Assembly: GCF_009914755.1 (NCBI RefSeq)
Contig: NC_060931.1
DNA length: 64,000 bases
Reading direction: 5' to 3' (one strand)
Origin: the human T2T-CHM13v2.0 reference genome, Homo sapiens
The notes beneath the pieces are model-generated. The model ran no database searches, was not told the origin of the DNA, and saw only the letters and a list, made by a program, of their open reading frames with translations. Numbering within the stretch: the stretch's first letter is position 1; the number at the start of each line of letters is the position of its first letter. The position numbers and the translations under genes were made by a program. This document shows positions 14,877-32,725 of this stretch, piece after piece.

Positions 14877-15379
14877 GGAATACAAATATGATGAGCCATA
14901 TGATTTCTATCTGTCGATAAACCACCTCTCAATCACTTAGTAGCTCTTAGCATGGGAGTACACATATGTAAATTACAAAATAATTTAATGTCAATCACAG
15001 ATTTAGTTTGAGGGCTTAGCTATATATTTATAAATAGCAATATAGGCCAGATCATGTATATATTAGTATGTTAGACACTCATAGAATCAGAATAGAATTT
15101 GTCAATTATTTCAGTCACCAAAAGATCCTGAGAAACAGAATAGAAACCCCTATTTTTTTTTTCTCATGGTCTATTGTATTTCTTTATTTTAAATGCAGTA
15201 TTATGGATAGTTGAGCTCCTAATAATATTTGACATTTATAAATTTTGTGTCGAAGGCTATGAAGAAAATAAATAAAATCAAAATTTATGTAGTGTTCTAA
15301 AAGTGCTATTACTACTCAAAAGGTAAGGTAAATTTCTCTTCAACTATCATTCCCCTTTTGTGAATTATTGTAATTAGAG

Positions 15380-15750
15380 TGTCTTAGTCCATTTGGGCTG
15401 CCGTAACAGAATAGCATAAATTGGGTGCCTTAAACATCAGACATTTATTTCTCACAGTTCTGGAGGTTGGAAGCATGAAGTCAGGGTTCCAGCATGATTT
15501 GACTCTTGCGGAAGGAGCTCTTTCTGTTTCGTGGATGGCTGTTCTCTCATTGTACCCTCACATGTTGGATAGCAGAAAAAGGGAGAGCAAGCTCTCTTGC
15601 ATGTGCCCTTCTAAGGGCAATAATCCCACTCCTAAGGGTTTCACACTCATGACCTAATTACCCCCCAAAAGATTCCATCTCCATATACCATCACACTTGG
15701 AAACAGGCTTCAACATATGAATTTCAAGATGACACAATCAGTTCATAGCA
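15380..15750 (-). mobile_element. Solo MaLR LTR, MLT1A-like
   Basis: tgtcttagtccatttgggctgc...atttatttctcacagttctggagg...caacatatgaattt...catagca; TG..CA ends; flanks tagag/gagag (4/5 TSD). Confidence 0.88.
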
Positions 15751-16281
15751 GAGAGTTCTCTTCTTTGTGCCTATTTGACAGATGGAGTAAGTCTGGTCCT
15801 TGTATTTGCATATTGTATAAATTGTGACTCACTATACATGGAGATCATTAAAATAAGAAGACAATAGGGATCACAAAAAGTTAAGATCTGAAATATTGAC
15901 AGCACACACAAAAAAGTAGAAGTGTATACCACACCGTTTTTTAAAGACTGAAGGAAGATGACAAAAAGTAAATCTTGCTTAGATTTGCAAATTTGTGACA
16001 TTTGTGAGACAGACATATGTAGGTGGATATGGTGGAAGGTGCAAAGAAGGGAAGCAGGAACTTATACATCTGATTCATAAAATCAGAAAGCCATTGAATT
16101 TATTGATAGACATTAAGCCATGGAATAAAATATGTGTTTACTTTGACAAAAATATGAGACTATATGTAGCTTGTCAAAATTGTAGAACAGGTGAATTTTA
16201 AAATTTTATTTTGAATAAAAGTGATACATTGAAATTGAATATTTTAATATAAGTTGAGTAAAATGTAATTTATCCTTATTC

Positions 16282-16660
16282 TTTTTTATTTTAGTTATTA
16301 TTTTTAGTTCTGGGGTACCTGTGGAGGATGTGCAGGTTTGTTACATAGGTAAACATGTGCCATGGAGGTTTGCTGCACCTATCAACCCATCACCTAAGTA
16401 TTAAGCCCTGTATGCATTAGCTATTTTTCCTAATGCTTTCCCTCCCCCAGCCCTACCCACTGACAGGCCCCAGTGTGTGTTGTTCCCCTCCCTGTGTCCA
16501 GGATAAATAAAATGTTGTATATATACACCATGGAATATTATGTAGACTTAAAAGGATTTGAGATCATGTCATTTGCAGGGACGTGGATGAAACTGGAAGC
16601 CATTATCCTCAGCAAACTGACACAGGAACAGAAAACCAAACACTGCTTGTTCTCACTTAT
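16282..16660 (-). mobile_element. Short L1PA (PA8-PA10-like) insertion with 5' inversion
   Basis: 16282-16500 is antisense 3'UTR with T tail; 16501-16660 is the sense ORF2 C-terminus (IMSFAGTWMKLEAIILSKLTQEQKTKH); cttattc flanks both ends. Confidence 0.9.
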
Positions 16661-17982
16661 TCAGACTTTAATTTTGTATGCTAGTGCTCTTGTTTTGTCT
16701 TAAAGCATTTATAGAATTTTTAGTGGGTAGTAATGTTTGGACAAATCATATTGTGACATATTTATAAAGTTGATAAAGATGTAAGATTTAGCAATTCTAG
16801 TCAATCTTTTCAAAGGTGATTTTTCTTACCTTGAATTTTGTAGGAACCCCTTGCAATTGGGAGATATTTGTTTAATTATCCTTTCACTTTCCTGCCAGCA
16901 ATTTATATTCCAAGAATAAATGGAATGTGGATGCATATTATATTATCTACTTATCTACTTTTTTTGTGGTAGGCATCATGTTAAACACATGGGGTATTAG
17001 ATAACATCAAGCTTAAAAGAACAGTAGGCATTATGAGAAAGGTCAGTAGTCTTAAACCTGATTTATGAATATACATCTCTAACATGTATAGCCTACTAAT
17101 TTACATTTCCCCCAAATCAACAAAATACCATAGTGAATGCTACGTGTGACAGTCGTTCTGATGATAGCATGGAGATGCTTTATATGAAAAATAATCCAAA
17201 CCATATATAAAGGAAGCAAAAGTTAATTGTTATAAATGTGGCAAATATGTGAAACTCTGAAATTTTACTGTGAGCTTTTCAGGGGTTCTTGTAAACCAGA
17301 TTTTAAGGACCATTTTCTTCTGTCTTCTCCTTCCTATAAGTCTTAGAGTCATTAGACTAGAGAGTGACAAAAAACCTAAAAATATGTGATCTAATTTCTT
17401 CATGTTGCATATTTAGAAACTTCAGAAGTAATACAGCTTATATGTTGAAAGTACATTTAAATTCCCCTTAAAAATATCAAAGGAAATATCTCACTTATGT
17501 GAGTTCTATATATGTAAGTTGACACGTGAGTTATCAGAGTCTCAATTGAAGTTTATTTTTCATGTGTAACTTAAGTAAGTCTGTGTCTCCCAAATGATCT
17601 GTGGAGCAGGTTCTTGGTTGTTGTTGCTGTTTTAACTTTTGTAAAACATGATAAAAATTAACTACTAGATAAATGATTAGGCAGATTTGGGGGTAATGTC
17701 TCATTGCTATAAACATTTACAGTATATAACTACCATTTTGGCTTATCTTGTGATAGATCAATAAAAGTTGGCGGGCCACATACCGTAATTTGTAAACCAC
17801 TGACTTAAGAAAATAAAATTTTGAAGGGTGTTATGAAAAATAATTTTTAAAATCTGCTCCTGAAGCTTATAACACATGAAAATATTGGGGACTTTTGTCA
17901 AATACACTAACTGTGCAGGCATAATACCAATGCTACTATACTTTAATAAAAATTCATCAAATAATTAGTACTATTATTCCAT

Positions 17983-18112
17983 TCTAAGCCTCAGCTTGTC
18001 CTTGTTAAATGGTCATAATAATTTTTCTAGACCCATAAGGATGTTTTGAGGTTTGAATGAGGTAATCTATATACAGTTGAGTGCTATGGGTAGGAATAGT
18101 TGCTATTATTTT
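17983..18112 (+). mobile_element. MIR fragment
   Basis: ctaagcctcagcttgtcc...aaatggtcataataat...ataaggatgttttgaggtttgaatgaggtaat. Confidence 0.65.
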
Positions 18113-18128
18113 TATTGCTGAATATTTG

Positions 18129-18430
18129 GTGTTTGTTTGCTTGTTGTTTGTTTGTTTGTTTTGGGACAGAGTCTTGCTGTGTCACCCAGGCTGGAGTGCA
18201 TGAACTTGGCTCACTGCAATCTCTACTTCCTGGGTTCAAGCAATCCTCCTGCCTCAACCTCCCGAGTAGCTGGGATTACAGAGGCCTGCCACCACACCTG
18301 GCTAGTTCTTTTGCATTTTTAGTAGAGACTGTGTTGGCCAGGCTAGTCTTGGAATGCCTGGCTGCAAGTGATCTACCAGCTTTGGCCTCCCAAAGTGCTG
18401 GAATCACAGGCGTGAGCCACTGTGCCAACC
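18129..18430 (-). mobile_element. Old Alu (AluJb/AluS-like) with (GTTT)n tail and 16-bp TSD
   Basis: Dimeric Alu body; TSD tattg(c/t)tgaatatttg at 18113-18128 and 18431-18446. Confidence 0.92.
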
Positions 18431-19289
18431 TATTGTTGAATATTTGATTAGTGCTCTATTGCTTTCTATCTCATCTTCAATTTCGTTCTTAGTACTTTCT
18501 GAGAAGCATTAATATTGATATGTTTTTATTTGAAAAGCAGCATTTTAGCAAATGTTTAGTCAGTATTTGCTTCCATAGAGAATCCCAAATTCTCTATGTA
18601 ATCCACATTTCCATCTACCACACACAATTGGTAAAGGTTCTTGAATTCTTGGGGCTCAGCTTTTGAAAGATTCAGTTGTGGGGATTGGATTTCACAGAGC
18701 ATGAAGATAAGTGGCACTCTCTGTGATTTATTTTTTTCAGTTGAGTGTGTTGCAACACAATTATCAGAAATCCCTTGAGACTATGAGAATTCACTTTATG
18801 TCAAGGGCACAAGGAGTGATATTTAAGGTGAATTATTCAAATGTGACTGTGTGATTCTATAGTGCTGTGCTTCCCTAATGCTATGTTGTGCTTTAAATCA
18901 GTGCTTAAGAAACTCTTCTTCAGAAGAGCCGATTAAGACCATAGTTGCCACTTAAAGGGTCAGCAAGAATTGAATTCTGCCATAGGCTGTTCTATAGAAG
19001 ATAATTTTGGATTAATCCAGTGATGAAGGTTAGCAAGTCATGGGAAACGTTTCTGTGAGTATCAAAGTTATTGTTGTAAGCCACTGCTGATGGAAAGACT
19101 GACCACTAAAAGCTCACTTAGTAACCATCCCCACTAACAGAGCTATCACCACTGACTGCTATCTGGATCCTGCCAGATAGCTGCAAATGCTAAGTGGAAC
19201 TGGCAAGCAGTACTGCTAAAAATTCCCCTCTCATGTGCTCTTCCTTGTATGACAGTCCCTGTCCAATCTTACCTCATAGCCTGTAATCT

Positions 19290-19450
19290 CTGCTGAATTT
19301 CTCAGATATGGGACTTCAGAGTCTTCATTTCTATATCACCAGCGCTTAGCCTAGAGGCTAAAACATAGTAGAAGATAAACATTTAATAAGGAGAGAAGGA
19401 AGGAAGAAAGGTAAGAAGAAAGGAAGACAAGGAGAGAGGGAGGGAGAAAA
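19290..19450 (+). mobile_element. L2 3' end followed by a GA-rich tract
   Basis: ttcatttctatatcaccagcgcttagcctagaggctaaaacatagtag, then purine-rich 19388-19450. Confidence 0.5.
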
Positions 19451-20860
19451 ATGAATTAAAAAGAGAGATAAATCAATAGATGGGAACCATCAATGAGATC
19501 AGAAAATTATCAACTGGGGTGAAACTGAATGTCAAAGAATCCTTTCCCTCTCACTGTGAATTACCCTGTTTATGGAGAGTGGGCTGGAATATATATAGAT
19601 TGTCGAAGATGATGGGTTGAGATGGAAGAAAAATAGTAATTGTTGACTTTTTAAATAAGTATCTCAATGAGAGGAAAAATAATGTTACTCACTAGTAAAT
19701 CTCATGGTGTTGAAAGTCCAGAATTTCTGGAATAAACAATGAAAATGTAAATTGTAGTTTTTTCTTATATTCTTAGTAGATGGCTTTAAGTGGGAAGTAT
19801 TAAAGAAACTTTCTTAAAAATTTGGAAAGAAAGCAAACACCAGGATCAGATACCTGGTATTAGTTACCTTTTTTTCATGTAGAAGAGAAATATGCTGGCA
19901 CTAAGTTGTCAAGCCTATCTTAAAGGAAGAAAAAATTGAGGCTTATACTCTATAAATTTCAATGCGGACACAAAGTGTGGGAAGATCAAAGCGAAATCAT
20001 ACTTGTGAGAGAAACCAACAAAAATAAAAAGATGCAGTAAAACAGTGATAAATGAAGAATTTATTTCAAAGTTCAGCCAAGGTACATGTCATTCTGAGAG
20101 CCTGAAGGAACCAAAGTCTTCAATAATATTCTTAAGATACTTCAGAGCATTACAAAGTATGTACTTCACTAAAACGAACAAACCTTGACTTCATGATACT
20201 GATAGTGTTGTGATAACACACTTAAAGTCACTTTAAAGTATGTAGGAGAAAAAGCAACTTTTTAGGACTCTCAGCATGCCCAGACAGTCACTGGAGAAGT
20301 TGTAAAATTGTGTTGATTGGGATGTTGACTCACCTCCCAACTGATTTGATGTCCGATTGTGACCTAGGGCCATCTATCAGGAGAAAGCAAGACAGAGGTA
20401 ATGAGTAATGCATCTAAGAGAAGGATGGAGCTTGTAAAATGTTCATTTTGTCGGAGAGTAAAGCTTGTGGGTGTCAAATGCGTTGGCTGAGAAAATATGG
20501 AATTCTGCTTTTTACCTTTAAAATATGGAGAGTGTCTTGGGACTCTATGATATATACATTTCCCAGTTTATGAGACAACTGTGATTGCTCATTAATCAAA
20601 ATATGTGTACATAATCAAAAGAGCTATATGCCAGATTTTTATTCTTTTGGATTATATGAAGGTGGGGTTTTTTGCAAAGAACTAACCATGGCTCCCTAAT
20701 TTTCCATTTAAAAATAAATTTAGTAGTCTCAGAGGCAGAAAATATTAATAAAATAACTATAGAAAGCTGTTACATTTCTTATGGTATAAATTTTTATAAT
20801 TTCTATTACATTTCATACATTCAAGCAATATTTTAAAAAGCAGATGGTTTGGAGTAATAA

Positions 20861-21238
<378 letters not shown>

Positions 21239-22017
21239 CACTTTCCCTTCTTTATGGTTTCTCCTTTCTCGCATGCATAGGTTCTTTCATCATACTATCC
21301 CACTATTACCATCTGTTTTCCAAAGAATTTATTTTTGTTATCTTTGCCTTCAGCCATGCATCTTTTGGGACCCAAGCAGCTTGGCCTGTATGTCTCATAT
21401 CACCTAGTATGGCAGAGTACTTTCACATCTATTTAGTTCCTTTTCACACACACATTGTAACTAAAGAGACATTTTTTTTCATAGGCCCTTGACAATTTTG
21501 ACAAAAGTAAAATGTGTCCTTTTCATACTCTCCACACACTTACACTAATGGAATTGACTTTTTTTCAGCTCTCAATCTCTTCTTGAGACCTCAATGTAAG
21601 TGAAAATTTGAGATATCTTTCTGTATCTTTCTTTTTAGTACGTGACCTAGTTATATTCCATACTTTCTCCTCAAACTCCACCTGCCAATAATTTCAAAAC
21701 TTCTTGATTTGAGCCTGTGCTCTTTTTCAGATTCATGAATTTCATGTTCTTCAATACCACACGGCCTGTACTACATCATCAGATCTTATCTCCCAGTGGA
21801 AGGGGAAGTAGTACATTTCTTCATGGAAAGGGACTAGTGACAAATAATAATCAACTTTCTCTGCAGTCTCTTGCTTTTGCATTCCTTGGCTTCTTTAAAC
21901 TAGATTAATCCATTCACGTGTCCCGTATCAATCAGGTGGAACCTAATCAAGCTCCAGTCCCTAGACAGTCCTGCTTTAAGTCAGGAATTGATTTCTATTT
22001 TCTGTGCCAAGCCAATT

Positions 22018-22185
22018 GAGAGCTAACATTTGTTGAATGCCATCGAATAGTCTGCACTGAGACTTAAAATACAATTCTTTTTTACTCTTTTATATTTGTT
22101 GAAGGAAAGGTAGGACTTACAGAGATTATTTAACTTGCCATGAAACACTATAGCTGGCATTTTTATACCTGTTGGTTTAGATATA
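22018..22185 (-). mobile_element. MIR fragment
   Basis: agctaacatttgttgaatgcc...cttacagagattatttaacttgccatgaaacac. Confidence 0.4.
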
Positions 22186-25069
22186 ATACACCACAACACA
22201 TGAGATCCGGTGCCCTACTTGTAGCAGATGAGTTACGCTATGACTCATTAGAACTGAAGCACAAACATTCATATTGTCACAAATTATATATCTCTCTCTT
22301 AATACCCTTGACTACCACGTTTGTGCAAGTCATAAAATTGAACTCCCACTTTATGCTAAACTCTTTAATTTTAGCTAGAAACTCTGCTTTCTGTAGTGCA
22401 GTGTTAGAGCTGAGGCTCAAATTTAGTAGTTGGGCAGCTCTATTTCCTAGCTGATCTTATCAGTCAACCATAAAACTCTATCCCACTATTCAAGTCTTAT
22501 AGCCCAGGCTGGTGGCTGAGAACATGTTGCCTATGGATAAATGACAATTACATTTACCAGCCTGAGTATCAACTGTCACAGCAGTTCTGATCTTCTGTAC
22601 CTTATCTATTTAATTGAATGTCCACATGGCCCCCTATCAGCCACTCCAGAGAATGCTTCTTTGGCCAGGGGAGCCCACTGATCTCTTTCATGGGACACAA
22701 ACTTACACCAGAACCTGATTTCTCTTCTCTTTTTATGAGAATCCTTAAATCCCTCTTACTCTAATATTAAGCTACAGCTGTACTGGCTTAATGTAGTATC
22801 TGGGTAAATAAAATTATACTAGGGAGATTTTCAGTAATGACAATAGTTTACTGGGGTGTTCGTTTTGGGGCTGAGTCAGTTGCTATTAGTTAGTTACTGT
22901 TAGTCACACACATATTAGTATGGTCTGAATTTTGGTGCTACTATGAGTGATCTTAAAGATTACTTTTTTGCTCCTTTGTCCTTTTAAATTTGGAGACTAA
23001 ATTGATGTCACCTGATACCTGGGAATGCTAGTGGCAAGTTGACAGAGAAGTCTTTTCCTTGGACTTTTAATTTTCTTAAGGTCTTATAAATTGATTTTAT
23101 AGTACCCTTATAGTACAATCAAATGACAGTTTTCTAGACAAATAATCTTATGATTTAGTGTTGAAAGTAATTTTTATAATTCACATTTATTCTATTATTA
23201 TTTAGGATTTTGGTGAAGAATAAGAGTTCATTTATTTTTATGTATAAATGAATGAAATATAGAAATTATTTTTTAAAAAACTTGTAGAATAAACATTTTT
23301 ATTAAAATAGCATTTCTTGTGAAAAGGAAAAATAACGGTCAGGTGTTTGTTGGTATTTTTCATATACAAATGTAAAGACAAATACTCCATAAAAATTGTT
23401 TTCCTAATTCTCAAACTAAGTTGTCTTTTTCCTTTGATGATGCACAGTCTATTACTTACATCTCTTACTTGAGACAATTAAAGGAACTCATCCACAAGTG
23501 CAGCTCTAGCTTGGTTAACTGCGTTTTTAGCATGTTGTTTATACAGCCGCAGTGGCTTCCTTGCATGGTGCCTATAAATTTAGTTGTTTTTCTGCTAAAA
23601 TGTATATTTCAAATATGTGCTCTTTAAAAGAAAAAAATCTGCTGTTTTATTTCTGCAGTTAAAAAATCAAAATGTACAGCACATGCAATATGAAAGTTAG
23701 GCTTATGAGATAACATTTCAAATTATGATGCCTTTTCCCATGGCAAATGCATAACATGCTTTCCAGGACTTTTTTTACTATTTAAACAAGATTCAAATGT
23801 GAGATTGTTTCTCTGTCCCCACCACCTTATTTTATTTGCTGCAATTATTTGTGTGTGATCAAAGTACTAGTACATAAAGCACATTCATTTTAAAAAATAT
23901 ACAAACAAGTATCTACTTAATTCAAAATGTACCCTGAACAAGATTAATTGAGAACATTTCAAACTCCAAAATTAAATGTAAGTCTTGGAAAGGAAAACTA
24001 CAAATACATTAGAAAATATTTCAAATCCTCAGAGAATACTTGTATAATATTTGCACACAGAAAACGGGGAATTGGCTATATATCGTTTGAAAAGTCTTGA
24101 TTTCACTCAAGGTCCTTACATCAGTCATGGAGATACATCATCTTAGAAAAGGATAACAACTGTAGTTTATGAATATTAAAGATGTTAAAAAATGATGAAT
24201 TATAAGATTTTATTAAAATGAATATCACTCACGTTCACAGTAATTTAAAAAAAAATGTTGTTTTTCCCTAGGGAGAAAAAGTTTATGTATACATGCAAAT
24301 ACAACGTTATAAGAGCATATCTCAAGAAATGTATTTTAAGGTTTTCAATGGTCAACTCCTCTGGCACGAATTATACCCTCTAATGATGTGCACTTCCTAT
24401 GACAGAAGCCTATGTTCCGAGTATCATCTCTCTGTAATAATGTACATATTAAGGAAAGTATATTTTATATAAAGCACAAGATGTATCAGTAGAGAAAAGC
24501 TATTTAAGTAATGTCTCTTGATAAAACTACTCATAGTTAAGATATAAACACACATGTCCTCTATCCAGAGATGTAGTTCCTACAATTCCATGATGTCATG
24601 AAGGCATCTTCTCATAGAGAAAATACCTCTCTCTGGAAGAACTTTTATGATTCACCCTGTCTTACATAGCAATTAATTTGTAAACGCTGAATTTATATCT
24701 CATTATTTTTTAATTTGGCTGTTGTTTTTTACCATTTGGGCTCTTTGCTCCAGAAAAGCCCCAATCCCATCATTGTCTTGATCCCCACATGACAGTTTGA
24801 CTTTAATCTTAGATTTCCAGGCCACAGATCTCCTCAGGTTTGACAAAGATCATGCCAAAATTAGTCTATTTCACCAAGCAATACGCATAATACCACTGTC
24901 ACTTTTTAATTCACCTTAATATTCCTTGACCCGGGCTCAGTAAAACAACAATTAAGAAAAACAAATGAAACACTCAAAGTAACTGATGAATCAGAAGCAA
25001 TGCAATGAGGAAATACCATGATGAGTTTGAGGCTACAGGATTGGATTGTTTCTAGACTATCATTTCAAT

Positions 25070-25465
25070 GTTTATTCATTTTATCAATGTTCTGGTGTTG
25101 GCTATACATAGAGGTAAAGTAAATACAATAACAGATTTTGCACTCAACAAGCTTATACTTTGGTAAAACAGACATCTAAACAGACAATGAGTGAATACAA
25201 GAAAACAGATTTCAAGAGAAAGAATTTTTGAGTTCAGCATGAGACATGTTGAGATTTGAGTGCCTAGGAGACATTGCAACAAGTATTGTAATTCATAAAT
25301 GTTGAACATTATGGATTAATACGATCAGAGATTCGTATAGTCATTCATATGTGTATTTAGCAGCTTAAATCATTGGAATGTACAAATAACTTAGTGAGGG
25401 TTTATAAAGTGAAAAAAAATGAGACTCAATGACAGACTCTAAATAATCTCAACATTTTATTGAGT
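25070..25465 (-). mobile_element. L2 fragments
   Basis: gcactcaacaagcttatactttggt; tgagttcagcatgagacatgttgagatttgagtgcctaggagacat; tagtcattcatatg...gactcaatgacagactc, all typical of antisense L2. Confidence 0.6.
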
Positions 25466-27817
25466 TAAGATACCAACAGTGTCTTAACAATGTATCGATC
25501 AATTCATCTATTAATCAAACATGGTTATTTGCAGGTTTTTTTCTGTTCATATTCTTTGCAAGACAGTAATATATTCTCTTTTAGCAGTTCGCATTCCATT
25601 TAACCTTTTCAATTGGCAAAACTGAGGCAATTCAGAAGTTGAAAGATATTTCAGAAGTTACTCTCATAATGAAGGATAATTGAACTAAAATTCAGGAAAG
25701 ACTTTTAATATATTATGACTTCTAACCTTCTTAATCTTATCATAATTGAAAAGACAGAGCTTGATTGACAAACATAAATGTAGAAAAAAATCAGCATAAT
25801 ACTTTAATGGCTAATATTTGCCACAGTTCTTATCAAAATCATATTACTAAAAATTATAAAAAGTTGATAAAATATTTGGCTTATTACAAAGTGAAAAAAA
25901 GTAAAGTTTTTGCTTTTTTTACTTGCTAATATTCACCACTCTTCTGGCCTGAACCCCATTTATCTCCATTGGCTTTACATGAAGACATGTGAAGTCTTAC
26001 TCTGTCAATAACATCATCCTAACATTTTTTTCCTACTAAATTTATAGAAAATCAGTTCCTAAAGAAAATTAGAGGGATTACCTTTACGCCAGTGTAAAGC
26101 AATGTTATTTCAGGTGTTTTCCTTAAGGAGCAGCATATTTGTTAACAAATTTTTTTCCCAATATGACATATGGCACTTGGAACAAGTACTACATCTGAGC
26201 TTTCACAAAAGAAAATAATGTCATTTTATATCTGATTGAACTTACCTCCTTTTTATGTTCAAGAAGACTAAAGGAACCAATTTCAACTGTTTTATTTGTG
26301 GCATTTTTTTTAACAGAATAACTCTCACTAAGAGGATATTTTTAAAATATATTGTTAGAGTAATTATTTAAAACACTTTCTAACTTACAAGCAAAATTTG
26401 CGCAACAAATAAAAAACACTTCTAAAAAAATTCTTTTGGCATATGCTTGGATGGAGTAATTTCATGGCTGCCTTAAATAAATAATGGAAAATAATAATAT
26501 GGTTCTGAGAAGCTTACCACTTAGTGGGTCAGACTAAAAAGTAAACAAATAATGACGATATGTAAAGTGACAATTATACAAAAAATTATATACAGTGATA
26601 GGATAAACACAGCCAGCCTGCATCACTTGTTCAAGTGGGGAAGTCTGAGTTTAGATAGGACTATGTGAAAACAAGTATTTCCTATTTGTTTACAAGGATC
26701 ATGGGCACAGCATCCGTGATTTCACCTACAGTGGTTAAACACACATAAATTATTTTTATCCAAAATGACTTTGTTTGCCTAGAATGATTTTATGTGGTTG
26801 ATTCAAATGTTTATATTCCATGCATATGTTTCATAAATAATTATCTCAGGAATGCTGGAAGTAGGTCAAAGAGATATGTACTGTGATAGAGGATATAGGG
26901 CAATCATAGCAATCAGTTTTGGAATTTTATAATAATTGTGTAGTTGATTTTGCATTCTTCTCATTTTAAATCTATGCTTAAGTCTCAATGAATGTTGTCT
27001 CTATAAAAAATTCAAGAGATGTTTGCCATAATAAAATTAATTTGTCATGCCAACTTTCATCCAACTTCCCACAGATGCTGGGGACTCCATCTCACCATCA
27101 TCATGAAAAATGTCCAGCATATTTATTTTACAGATGTGGAAATTAAGACCTACAGTTAATGACTTTTCTAGATTTCTATAAATGATAATTATATAATCTT
27201 CATTAAAAGTTAAAATACTAATTCCATATTTATAAAATAAGGAACCAATGTGAACAGGGTGATAGTTGTCCAAAAATTGAGTGCAAGGTAAACTCTTTTT
27301 TTTTTTTTTTGGGTTATTTATCATTGTATATTTTGATTGTTACCCCAAATTTAAGAAATTATTAATGAAGAGCATAACTTTTTACATATTAATTATGATA
27401 GTTAATGATAGTTATTCATTTAAAAAGTGCTTGCAAAAAATAATTGTGGATGATTATTTCTTCCTGATTTTATTTTCAAATGTTTGTGTATGGAACATTG
27501 TTTTGGAAGGAAAGATTTAGCAGCATCACTCAGCTTATAATTAGTGTCAGATTTTTTTTTTCCAATAAAACTTTTTATTTTTATTTTTATTTTTTATTTT
27601 TTTTATTTTTTTAATTATACTTTAAGTTTTAGGGTACATGTGCACATTGTGCAGGTTAGTTACATATGTATACATGTGCCATGCTGGTGCACTGCACCCA
27701 CTAACTCGTCATCTAGCATTAGGTATATCTCCCAATGCTATCCCTCCACCCTCCCCCCACCCACCACAGTCCCCAGAGTGTGATATTCCCCTTCCTGTGT
27801 CCATGTGATCTCATTGT

Positions 27818-31660
<3,843 letters not shown>

Positions 31661-31708
31661 TTATTTTGCTCGTTAGTTGATGCAGTTTCTTCCTAGTCTT
31701 GATGGTCT

Positions 31709-32725
31709 TTACATTTTGGCATGATTTTGCGGCGGCTGGTACCGGTTGTTCCTTTCCATGTTTAGCGCTTCCTTCAGGAGCTCTTTTAGGGCAGGCCTGG
31801 TGGTGACAAAATCTCTCAGCATTTGCTTGTCTGTAAAGTATTTTGTTTCTCCTTCACTTATGAAGCTTAGTTTGGCTGGATATGAAATTCTGGGTTGAAA
31901 ATTCTTTTCTTTAAGAATGTTGAATATTGGCCCCCACTCTCTCCTGGCTTGTAGGGTTTCTGCCGAGAGATCCGCTGTTAGTCTGATGGGCTTCCCTTTG
32001 AGGGTAACCTGACCTTTCTCTCTGGCTGCCTTTAATATTTTTTCCTTCATTTCAACTTTGGTGAATCTGACAATTATGTGTCTTGGAGTTGCTCTTCTCG
32101 AGGAGTATCTTTGTGGCATTCTCTGTATTTCCTGAATCTGAACGTTGGCCTGCCTTGCTAGATTGGGGAAGTTCTCCTGGATAATATCCTGCAGAGTGTT
32201 TTCCAACTTGGTTCCATTCTCCCCATCACTTTCAGGTACACCAATCAGATGTAGATTTGGTCTTTTCACATAGTCCCATATTTCTTGGAGGCTTTGCTCG
32301 TTTCTTTTTATTCTTTTTTCTCTAAACTTCCCTTCTCGCTTCATTTCATTCATTTCATCTTCCATTGCTGATACCCTTTCTTCCAGTTGATCACATCGGC
32401 TCCTGAGGCTTCTGCATTCTTCATGTAGTTCTCGAGCCTTGGTTTTCAGCTCCATCAGCTCCTTTAAGCACTTCTCTGTATTGGTTATTCTAGTTATACA
32501 TTCTTCTAAATTTTTTTCAAAGTTTTCAACTTCTTTGCCTTTGCTTTGAATGTCCTCCCATAGCTCAGAGTAATTTGATCGTCTGAAGCCTTCTTCTCTC
32601 AGCTCGTCAAAGTCATTCTCCATCCAGCTTTGTTACGTTGCTGGTGAGGAACTGCGTTCCTTTGGAGGAGGAGAGGCACTCTGCCTTTTAGAGTTTCCAG
32701 TTTATCTGTTCTGTTTTTTCCCCAT
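31709..32725 (-). pseudogene. ORF1: L1 ORF1p (RNA-binding chaperone); 338-codon frame with nonsense at codon 8
   Basis: ATG GGG AAA AAA CAG AAC AGA TAA from 32725; frame open again from Met35 (304 aa); REKG, ARR and YPAKLS motifs intact. Confidence 0.96.

Noticed and set aside
27561-27577. tccaataaaacttt resembling a MER58 DNA-transposon motif
   Set aside because: Only about 14 nt match, with no flanking MER58 sequence or terminal inverted repeats
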